A model generated the notes under the pieces. That model made no database searches, had not been told where the DNA came from, and worked only from the letters and a program-made list of their open reading frames with translations. A program made the position numbers and the translations under genes. 33,823 nt of DNA. Origin: a virus (lineage: Duplodnaviria; Caudoviricetes). The stretch lies in IMG/VR virus record IMGVR_UViG_3300047314_000186, positions 1 to 33,823 of that record, one strand, 5' to 3'. Position 1 is the first letter of the stretch. Every line of letters begins with the position of its first letter. Below, one piece after another: positions 8,277-15,139 of the stretch.

Positions 8277-8299
8277 TGGAAACCAGAAAGGACCGATAG

Positions 8300-8509
8300 A
8301 TGACCGATCTTGAGATCGCAGAGTGGGTTGGTTTTTACTACGGGCTGCAGCGTGCCGGCGACATGCATGTCGCTCACACCACAGACGAGGCTGGTAGAAC
8401 GCTCAATGCCCTGCGCCGGTTGATCCAAGCAGAAATGGACAAGACCAAAGCAAAGCTGCCGCCTGGGGCCTTGGAGGAATGGCCAAGCGATACGAAAGGC
8501 GCAGACTGA
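8300..8509 (+). CDS. Hypothetical protein (69 aa)
   Basis: AAGGA RBS; in the operon. Confidence 0.55.
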   Translation: MTDLEIAEWVGFYYGLQRAGDMHVAHTTDEAGRTLNALRRLIQAEMDKTKAKLPPGALEEWPSDTKGAD

Positions 8510-8544
8510 CCCGCACACGAGAGTTCTGCGCACCAGATGGGATT

Positions 8545-9015
8545 ATGATGGCGATACCTTTGACATGCAGGCACGCGCACTGGGAATCCGAGGCGGCGGT
8601 CGCAGACGGAATGTGCCCAATCTGCTTGGCGGCCGAGATCGAGCAACTACAGGCGGCACTCAAACCATTCGCTGACATGGCCACTATCGCACTGCGCACT
8701 CCGGGAGATTGCGCCCATGGCACCATGACAGTCGCGATCAACCATCTGCTTTTTGCCAAGGGCGTTCTGGAGCGGAAATTCCCAAAGGCCGAGATCGAAC
8801 GGCTGCGAGCCGAACGCGATGACCTGATGAATGCTGGCATCGAACGCTTCCACCTGCCGGAAGGCAAGACGTGGAAGGACGTTAAATGGGGCACGTTGTT
8901 TTTGGCATTCAAGGACGGGACTTTCGATAGCCTCGACTACGACGAGCGCCCTCAAGATACGGCAAGTCCTGATGCTGCCGAAGACAAGTCATTAGGGGCA
9001 ACAATTGAACCATAG
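8545..9015 (+). CDS. Modular Cys/His-finger plus coiled-coil protein (copy 2; start uncertain, 8545 or TTG 8560)
   Basis: Shares TC.HAHWESEAAVADGMCPICLAAEI and AEIERLRA with 7529-7852. Confidence 0.6.
   Translation: MMAIPLTCRHAHWESEAAVADGMCPICLAAEIEQLQAALKPFADMATIALRTPGDCAHGTMTVAINHLLFAKGVLERKFPKAEIERLRAERDDLMNAGIERFHLPEGKTWKDVKWGTLFLAFKDGTFDSLDYDERPQDTASPDAAEDKSLGATIEP
8561..8642 (+). repeat. 82-bp direct repeat, copy 2
   Basis: 80/82 identical to 7530-7611. Confidence 0.95.
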
Positions 9016-9024
9016 GATAACGTA

Positions 9025-9789
9025 ATGAAACACCTACTTGCCACGACCGCCATCTTGGCGGCGCTCGCGGTGCCGGCTGCGGCCAGCACCGTCACCCTGG
9101 GCGGCGTGACCTGGGACACCACCAATTCCGGCAGCCTGAGCCTTGGCAACGTGGTGCCGGCCGGCAATCAACCGCAGAACGCACCTTGCGTCATCTGCGG
9201 TGCCAACCAGCCGAGTCAGCCTGCGAACTTCGGCTACAATGACTACAGCAACAACGGCAACGTGTCCTCGATCACAGCGTTTTCGGATCAAGGCAACGGC
9301 GGTCGGAATACGTTGGCGGATAACACATTCGCCACCGGCTACACAATCGGTGCAGGCAGTCCGTTCCTGGCATTCCTGCTTGCCAACAACGACACCAGCC
9401 TGGGGTTCAGCATCGGCGTGGACGTGAATGATACCAATCAGGCCCAGACGCTGAACTCGTTTTTCTTCCTCGACTTCACGACGCGTACCGTGCTGGCGAG
9501 CTTCACTGGTGGAACGACTGGCAACGTGCCATCGAAGAACAACGGTACCGGCTTCCCGGATTACTCCATCACCGGGGCGCTGCTGAACCTGAACGATGTG
9601 CATGTGGGTGACACGATTGGCTTCGTGGCGCTCATGTCTGGGTTGAACGACGGCCCGGATAGCTTCTTTATCGAAGCGGCTCCGGCAGTGGCACAGACCC
9701 CGCTTCCGGCCTCGGCCTTCTTGTTCGGCATCGGCCTCGTCGGCCTCGCCGGGCTGGTCCGCAAGAACAGCACCCGTAAGCTGGCGTAG
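9025..9789 (+). CDS. Secreted surface protein with VPLPA-CTERM (PEP-CTERM-like) sorting signal
   Basis: Signal peptide MKHLLATTAILAALAVPAAA; N/T/G-rich body; C-terminal TPLPASAFLFGIGLVGLAGLV-RKNSTRK (motif, TM helix, basic tail). Confidence 0.85.
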   Translation: MKHLLATTAILAALAVPAAASTVTLGGVTWDTTNSGSLSLGNVVPAGNQPQNAPCVICGANQPSQPANFGYNDYSNNGNVSSITAFSDQGNGGRNTLADNTFATGYTIGAGSPFLAFLLANNDTSLGFSIGVDVNDTNQAQTLNSFFFLDFTTRTVLASFTGGTTGNVPSKNNGTGFPDYSITGALLNLNDVHVGDTIGFVALMSGLNDGPDSFFIEAAPAVAQTPLPASAFLFGIGLVGLAGLVRKNSTRKLA

Positions 9790-9810
9790 CTCCCGCTCCG
9801 TCAGCTCACA

Positions 9811-9859
9811 GGCCCGCCGGGATGATACCGCCATCCATCGGCATCCCGCCCGGCGGGTC
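9811..9859 (+). terminator. GC-rich hairpin after the VPLPA-CTERM gene
   Basis: GGCCCGCCGGG (9811-9821) pairs with CCCGGCGGGTC (9849-9859); no U-tract. Confidence 0.35.
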
Positions 9860-9894
9860 ACTGTCAGCAGGCCACTAGGGTAGGAGTGGTATCC

Positions 9895-10014
9895 ATGAAC
9901 ACTCACGGACGCCGACAAGGCCGGCAAATTCCGCGTAGTTGCCCAACAGTGACGGGTGTGCCGGTTCGATCCCGTCACGCGCCTGCTGATCCTTCACAGC
10001 GAGGCCAGGCATGA
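9895..10014 (+). CDS. Possible 39-aa peptide
   Basis: AGGAG at 9882-9886, ATG 9895, stop overlaps the next ATG (ATGA); protein unremarkable. Confidence 0.35.
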   Translation: MNTHGRRQGRQIPRSCPTVTGVPVRSRHAPADPSQRGQA

Positions 10015-10325
10015 GCACGGCAGACGAAATCGCCGAGGTCCCGATCGAGAAGCTGCGGGACGCCGTCAACGACGTGTCCATACAACTCGAGGAACTGCGC
10101 GAGCGCATGGCGGCCGTCATCAACGAGCTGGCCGAGGATATCGCCGAGATGGCCGGCCGCTTGGAGAACCCCCAGGGCGCCGACCTGGCGGACGCCGTCG
10201 AGGCGCTCCTTGACGAGGCCGTCCTCATGCCCGGCACCAAGCGGCCGACCGTCCCGGACACCCCCGGCGCCCGCAAGGCCCTCCTCGCCCTCTACGACGC
10301 CGTGGGTCGCGACAAGCCAGATTGA
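10011..10325 (+). CDS. Hypothetical acidic coiled-coil protein
   Basis: Strong GC3 codon pattern; 104 aa. Confidence 0.7.
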   Translation: MSTADEIAEVPIEKLRDAVNDVSIQLEELRERMAAVINELAEDIAEMAGRLENPQGADLADAVEALLDEAVLMPGTKRPTVPDTPGARKALLALYDAVGRDKPD

Positions 10326-10344
10326 CCCCCATCAAGGGAGGCAA

Positions 10345-11082
10345 ATGATGTCACGCGCTTGGATGCCGATGTACTGGGGCGACTACCTTCGCGACACGCG
10401 CGAGCTGACCGCCGAAGAGCACGGGGCTTACCTGATGCTCATCGCCCACTACTGGAACCGGGGGCCACTGCCCGACGACCAGGAGGCCCTCTGCCGGGTG
10501 GCGCGGGTCAACCCAAAACGCTGGTCCAGAGTGTGGAAAACCATCAGCCGGTTCTTCGATCTGAAGCCACTTTTGGCCGACCAGATAGTGAATGGTTCGG
10601 AAGCAAATGCTGAGCAAATGCTTAGCAAATGCTGGCGCCACAAGCGCATTGATGCGGAGATAGAAAAGGCCGAAATCATCAAAGCCAAGAGGCAGATAGC
10701 GGGAATGAAGGGCGGTTTGGCCAACCGAGGCCAAACGAACCGCGAAAGAATATTGCGGAAAGCAAATGCTAAGCAAACGGTCGACCATCCACAAAGTAAG
10801 AAGATAGATTCTTTCTTTACTGAACCGCGCGCGCGAGCAGAACCGCCGCCAGAACCAGCCAACCCACCCAGCCAGAACCTCACCGTTTCCCCAGCACTCG
10901 AAGCCGTCATTCGCAACAAAGGCTGGAAAGAAAGCGGACTTCCGAGAAAGGAAGTAAGGAAGCACCCGAGCCTAGGCGACGGGCGCAGCCTCGACCAGAT
11001 CGTCCGCGACGTCGACCAGATCGAGCGCGACAAAGGCTGGACTGCCGAAGAACCGCCCATCACGTCGAAGTTGCTCGCATGA
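10345..11082 (+). CDS. YdaU/DUF1376-family phage replication initiator
   Basis: WMPMYWGDYLRDTRELTAEEHGAYLMLIAHYW..GPLPDD..L.RVAR and WRHKRID.EI; GGAGG RBS before ATG 10345. Confidence 0.85.
   Translation: MMSRAWMPMYWGDYLRDTRELTAEEHGAYLMLIAHYWNRGPLPDDQEALCRVARVNPKRWSRVWKTISRFFDLKPLLADQIVNGSEANAEQMLSKCWRHKRIDAEIEKAEIIKAKRQIAGMKGGLANRGQTNRERILRKANAKQTVDHPQSKKIDSFFTEPRARAEPPPEPANPPSQNLTVSPALEAVIRNKGWKESGLPRKEVRKHPSLGDGRSLDQIVRDVDQIERDKGWTAEEPPITSKLLA
10602..10821 (+). repeat. Iteron-like repeats and AT-rich tract (putative replication origin)
   Basis: AGCAAATGCT at 10602, 10613, 10624 (11-bp period) and 10761, partial copy at 10772; AT-rich AAAGTAAGAAGATAGATTCTTTCTTTACT at 10793-10821. Confidence 0.7.
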
Positions 11083-11939
11083 AGCCGCTCGCCATAGACC
11101 TTTTTGCAGGATTAGGCGGCTGGACCGAGGCGCTGCTGGCCGAGGGCTACCGCGTGGTGGGCTTCGACATCGAGCGACACGTCTACGGCGCGCACCGCTA
11201 CCCGGCGCAGCTCGTGATCCAGGACGTGCTGACGCTGCACGGCAGCCAGTTCCGCGACGCCGCCCTCATCGTCGCCAGTCCCCCCTGCCAGGCCTACAGC
11301 TACCGCGCCATGCCCTGGAAGCGCGCCAAGGCGCTCCCGCCGCCCGACAACAGCCTGTTCGAGGCGTGCTTCCGCATCCAGCGGGAAGCCTCGGAGGCCG
11401 CCGGCCACAAGGTGCCGCTGATCGTCGAGAACGTGCGCGGGGCGCAGAAATGGGTCGGGCGCGCGCGCTGGAACTTCGGCTCGTTCTACCTGTGGGGCGA
11501 CGTGCCGGCGCTGATGCCAGTGACGTTCAGGGGATCGAAGGTTCCGGGATTCCGCTTTGACGGCAACGGCGGTTCGTTTCAGACAGCTTCAGTGAAGGGC
11601 TACCCGCGCGCCAACGAGCCTCACGCCATCAAGAACACCGGCGGCTCCTGGTTGGCCATCGCCCACAACACGACCAGCGGCAAGGGGCGGAATGATGGGC
11701 GGAAGCAACCTGGCATCGACCTATCGCAAGTCGGCTTCAATTGCGCCAATGCACGCGAATTCGGTCACATGGTCGAAGGGGCGGAATATCGGCGCACCGC
11801 CGACGACAAGCGCCAGCACATCGGGAAAACGCGCAAGTTCGCCTCGGCCATGATCGCCAAGATACCGCAGCCGCTCGCCCGCCATATCGCGCGGACATTC
11901 GTGCCTCTCGTCGAAGTCCCTCGCATAGCCGTCGAATAG
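11079..11939 (+). CDS. C5-cytosine DNA methyltransferase (orphan, atypical)
   Basis: Motif I IDLFAGLGG, motif IV ASPPCQ, motif VI IVENV. Confidence 0.85.
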   Translation: MKPLAIDLFAGLGGWTEALLAEGYRVVGFDIERHVYGAHRYPAQLVIQDVLTLHGSQFRDAALIVASPPCQAYSYRAMPWKRAKALPPPDNSLFEACFRIQREASEAAGHKVPLIVENVRGAQKWVGRARWNFGSFYLWGDVPALMPVTFRGSKVPGFRFDGNGGSFQTASVKGYPRANEPHAIKNTGGSWLAIAHNTTSGKGRNDGRKQPGIDLSQVGFNCANAREFGHMVEGAEYRRTADDKRQHIGKTRKFASAMIAKIPQPLARHIARTFVPLVEVPRIAVE

Positions 11940-11971
11940 GTAAGTACCACTGCCGAAAGCAGTCGAATTTC

Positions 11972-12493
11972 ATGTCCCGAGCCGGCCGAAAACGCACGCA
12001 ACGCGGATATTTGTCCCGCGAAGTCAAGGACTTGTCTGGCCGTATCGCAACCAGCGAGCAGCCGCACCGGCGGACGCTTCCGGCCAGCCTGCGGCTCTCC
12101 GAGAAGGCCGCAACGCCGCTCGGCCGGGCCAATCTGGTCGGCCTGATCACCGACGAGCAGCACGAGGCCGGGCAGCGCTTCCAGGTGACGGTGGGCGAGT
12201 ATCGGGCGAGCATCGGGGCGCCCGGCAATGGCGCGCACGGCAGCGGCTACGCCTGCGTACCGCGGTGGGACGGCGAGCGGATGGTGTGCCTGGCGGCTGC
12301 TTGCGAATGCCGGCGGCGGTTGGAGGCGTTTGAGGATGCCGCGCGCGCGCTATGGGACGCAGGCAGTACGGCGGCGTCTGTGGTGCGGTGGGTGGCGGTG
12401 CTGGGCGAGGAGCCGGGCCCAATGGTGGCCCAACTGCGGGCCGGGCTGACGGCGCTGGTGGGCTTCTACGGGCTCGATCGGAGGTGTGCTTGA
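11972..12493 (+). CDS. Putative late-gene regulator (DUF6456-like, at the Q position)
   Basis: MSRAGRKR...TPLGR..L.GLITDEQHEAGQRF...LRAGLTALVGFYG; last early gene before a non-coding promoter region. Confidence 0.55.
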   Translation: MSRAGRKRTQRGYLSREVKDLSGRIATSEQPHRRTLPASLRLSEKAATPLGRANLVGLITDEQHEAGQRFQVTVGEYRASIGAPGNGAHGSGYACVPRWDGERMVCLAAACECRRRLEAFEDAARALWDAGSTAASVVRWVAVLGEEPGPMVAQLRAGLTALVGFYGLDRRCA

Positions 12494-12613
12494 CGAAACG
12501 CGAAAACAGGTATCCTGTATGAAATATAAAATTGTTGTGTTGCGCCCTGTCAGCACAGACGGGCGGTTTGACCTCCCCATCCGCCCTCCACTGAACCGCC
12601 CGTTTCCTTTCCC
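12490..12613 (+). promoter_or_regulatory. Putative late promoter and attenuator (pR'/tR'-like)
   Basis: TTGACG at 12490-12495, palindrome ACAGG-TAT-CCTGT at 12506-12518, AT-rich tract, then stem ACGGGCGGTT (12559-12568)/AACCGCCCGT (12594-12603) followed by TTCCTTT. Confidence 0.5.
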
Positions 12614-12694
12614 GGCTAGCAGCACGCCGCCGGATCTAGGGTGTGGCCGCTTTAGCGGACGGCCCCACTCCCTCACCCCATGGATGGCTTCACG

Positions 12695-13420
12695 ATGTCA
12701 GTAGGGCATGTGAAGCGCGTCACCAAAACCACCGAAGAGCTGTATCTCATACTCGGCGAGGCTGACACCTCGGCGCACTACGCCAAGCCGGTCAAGCTCG
12801 ATACCAGCCACGACATCCCGTATGCGGGCGGCGTGTCGGTCGACAGTCGCATGGTCTACATCGATCGGCGGCTGTACGACGATGTGAAGGCCGGCAAGGT
12901 CTGTGTCCGCGGCATGGGCTGGAAACAGATCATCAACTGCTTTGTCGAGCACGAGCACACCGAGAAGTCGGTCGACGACGGCGATAACCCCGTTGACGTC
13001 TACCAGGCGGCGCACGGCATGGCGACCGCCAAGGAGTACGAGGCGGCCGAGGCGATCCTGGGCAAGGGCAAAGCCGATCGCTACGAGGATGCGCTAGAGG
13101 GCGCGCTGGCCGCGTGCGAGAAGCGCGATCCGGCCAATCCGCCGAAGGATCTGTGGTGCGGCCCGTACCTCGATGAGCCGACCGCGCGCGACAAGGAATT
13201 GTTGCGCATATTCAAGGCCAAGGGCGTCACCGACGCATTCAAGCTGGCGAAGTCCGATCCGACCGTGATGTACCGCATGGCGGGGCGCAAATGCGAGGAC
13301 TGCGCCATGTACGAGCATCCGGGCAAGGACTTGTCGACGTGCGAGCTGGTGTGCGGGCTGGTGCGGAACAACCGCCAGTGTGAGCGATACGTTTCCCGTG
13401 AAACAAAAGGCAGGCGCTGA
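12695..13420 (+). CDS. Putative metal-binding protein with C-terminal HiPIP-like four-Cys domain
   Basis: VEHEHTEK and YQAAH..A in the N-terminal domain; C-terminal KLAK..Y..RKCEDCAMY...CELVCGLV....CERY; alternative start 12680. Confidence 0.6.
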   Translation: MSVGHVKRVTKTTEELYLILGEADTSAHYAKPVKLDTSHDIPYAGGVSVDSRMVYIDRRLYDDVKAGKVCVRGMGWKQIINCFVEHEHTEKSVDDGDNPVDVYQAAHGMATAKEYEAAEAILGKGKADRYEDALEGALAACEKRDPANPPKDLWCGPYLDEPTARDKELLRIFKAKGVTDAFKLAKSDPTVMYRMAGRKCEDCAMYEHPGKDLSTCELVCGLVRNNRQCERYVSRETKGRR

Positions 13421-13632
13421 TGCCGAGCGTAAGCCAAGCTCAGAGCCGTTTAATGGCGGCAGCCGCTCATTCGCCGGGCGGCTATGGCGGCGTGCCGCAG
13501 TCGGTCGGCCGTGAGTTCAACGAGGCGGACACCGGCAAGAAGCGCTCGGCGCTGCCGGTGCGCGTCAAGAAGCTCAAGAAGCGCGGCCTGATCTCGGATC
13601 GGGCGCTGGACAAGGCAAGGAGCCGGACATGA
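13420..13632 (+). CDS. Small conserved-looking phage late protein
   Basis: MPSVSQAQSRLMAAAAH...GVPQSVGREF..AD pattern recalled from podovirus late regions; TGATG overlap. Confidence 0.75.
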   Translation: MPSVSQAQSRLMAAAAHSPGGYGGVPQSVGREFNEADTGKKRSALPVRVKKLKKRGLISDRALDKARSRT

Positions 13633-13901
13633 GCAAGAAGCAGGACAAGTACGAGGACAAGTACGCCGAGCACGAGGACGCGCCGTTGGCCGAGGGCGAC
13701 CTCACGCCGGCGCAGCAAGCCGAGCTCGGCGAGCAGGCCAAGCCGTGGCTGGAGCGGTTCAAGGCCGCGGTGGACGATGTAGCCGCTCGTCACGCACAGG
13801 GCACGGCGCCGTCGCCGGCCGTGGTGGCCGAGCTGCGGGCGCTCTACGCCGAGATGGACCCGAATGCGGCCACCGAGCCCGAGCCGGCACCCACGGCATA
13901 G
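13629..13901 (+). CDS. Hypothetical acidic protein
   Basis: ATGA-coupled; GC3 codon pattern. Confidence 0.7.
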   Translation: MSKKQDKYEDKYAEHEDAPLAEGDLTPAQQAELGEQAKPWLERFKAAVDDVAARHAQGTAPSPAVVAELRALYAEMDPNAATEPEPAPTA

Positions 13902-13926
13902 CGACATAGTCGCATAGGAGGCGATC

Positions 13927-14397
13927 ATGGCTGAATCGATGCGAGCACTGGCGCGGCGCGGCTTGGTGTCGTCCAAGGGCGTGCAGAACGCCATCAACAA
14001 CTCCACCAAGGTGCAGAAGTCCAAGATGGCGCCGTTTCATGGCCGCCAGAAGGACGAGGGCGAGGCGCACGGCCTCGGCCACGCCATTGCCAGGGTCGAT
14101 GAGATCAATGCCAAGGCCACGCAGGCCGATCGTGCCAGGTCGGCGCCGAGCACCAAGGGCCGCGCCAGCGCACCGCAGGGCGGCCATGTGGGTGCGAGCC
14201 AGACGCCGACGCGCTACCAGATCGACAAGTTCCCGCGCGGCCAGGGCAAGACGTTTCCGGCCGGCGGGAAGGTGAGCGCCAAGGGCAAGAAGAGCGTCGG
14301 CGTCAAGGGCCCCCCGGCCAAGCGCACCGGCGGCCCGGGTGGCAGCGGGCGGAACTACTACGGCGGCAGCAACCGCAACCCACCCGAAGGCGGGTAA
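13927..14397 (+). CDS. Basic, low-complexity (K/R/G-rich) protein
   Basis: AGGAGG RBS; likely disordered and nucleic-acid binding. Confidence 0.7.
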   Translation: MAESMRALARRGLVSSKGVQNAINNSTKVQKSKMAPFHGRQKDEGEAHGLGHAIARVDEINAKATQADRARSAPSTKGRASAPQGGHVGASQTPTRYQIDKFPRGQGKTFPAGGKVSAKGKKSVGVKGPPAKRTGGPGGSGRNYYGGSNRNPPEGG

Positions 14398-14400
14398 ACC

Positions 14401-14700
14401 ATGGCCAACGCGCTGCGACGAGCCGATCGGATGAAGGTCGAGACGATCGGCGGCGAGCAGTTCACGGATGCCGCCGCGGTCGTGGAGGACGTGCCGACCA
14501 CGCACAGCTTCGACCCGCAGGCCGATAAGCTCGCCAAGGTCAAGGCCGTCAGAGCGCAGGCGCAGGCGTTCAAGGCATTGCTGCGAGAGCTCGGCTCCAA
14601 TCGGGCGTTCTCGATCTCCCGGCAGCGGATAGAGGAGGCCGTCCACTGGGCGGTCGATGGAATCATCAATGAGCGGACCACTGAAAGACACCCGACGTGA
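14401..14700 (+). CDS. Acb2/Tad1-like helical hairpin protein
   Basis: KVKAVRAQAQAFKALLRELGSNRAFSISRQRIEEAVHWAVDGI resembles the R..SLA.T.LEEAVMWA.KAI family signature. Confidence 0.55.
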   Translation: MANALRRADRMKVETIGGEQFTDAAAVVEDVPTTHSFDPQADKLAKVKAVRAQAQAFKALLRELGSNRAFSISRQRIEEAVHWAVDGIINERTTERHPT

Positions 14701-15139
14701 GTTGCTTGCCCAGGCGCTGGCATCCGGCAAGAGCATGGTGGAGGCCAATGAACTCGCCGGTTATGCGAAAGGTAAGCCCTGCACCGGCACGAACGGCCAT
14801 CGCCTCGCGCACCATCCCGCGGTGAGGGCGCGCATCAACGAAATCCAGGCCACCGCCATGGCCCGCACGCTGAAGCTCCAGGCCATCGCCGCGGTGCGCT
14901 CCGCGACCACCGTGGCCTCGCTGATCGCCGAGGCCGAAGAGGCCCGTGTCCTGGCTATGAAGATCAAGAATCCCGCCGCTGCCGTCGCCGCCATCAAGGA
15001 GAAGGGCATTCTCTCGGGCATGCGGATCGAGAAGAGCGAGCATCTGAACCGCAATGTTGAACAGCTCACCGACGACGAGCTCGCCGCATATCTCACCACA
15101 GACGGCGGCGCGCCAGATCCTGAAACGACGACGCATTAG
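14669..15139 (+). CDS. terS: Terminase small subunit
   Basis: RRELLAQALASGKS..EA...AGY...HPAVRARINEI; C-terminal EQLTDDEL; directly upstream of terL. Confidence 0.85.
   Translation: MSGPLKDTRRELLAQALASGKSMVEANELAGYAKGKPCTGTNGHRLAHHPAVRARINEIQATAMARTLKLQAIAAVRSATTVASLIAEAEEARVLAMKIKNPAAAVAAIKEKGILSGMRIEKSEHLNRNVEQLTDDELAAYLTTDGGAPDPETTTH

Noticed and set aside
7530-8642. Diversity-generating retroelement TR/VR pair, suggested by A-versus-G mismatches
   Set aside because: No reverse transcriptase in the window; very few mismatches, all transitions and mostly synonymous; the repeat is at gene 5' ends
9940-9985. tRNA-like T-loop GGTTCGATCCC
   Set aside because: No matching acceptor stem, anticodon arm or CCA; the sequence instead forms a simple GTGACGGG/CCCGTCAC hairpin
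10602-10633. CRISPR-like or VNTR array
   Set aside because: 10-bp units without spacers inside an initiator gene; better explained as iterons
11949-11963. boxB-like hairpin ACTGC-CGAAA-GCAGT
   Set aside because: Single 5-bp stem with no boxA and no recognisable N-like gene; could be chance
12494-14700. Lysis cassette at the lambdoid position before terminase
   Set aside because: No endolysin, holin or spanin motifs seen; lysis genes are probably beyond the right edge
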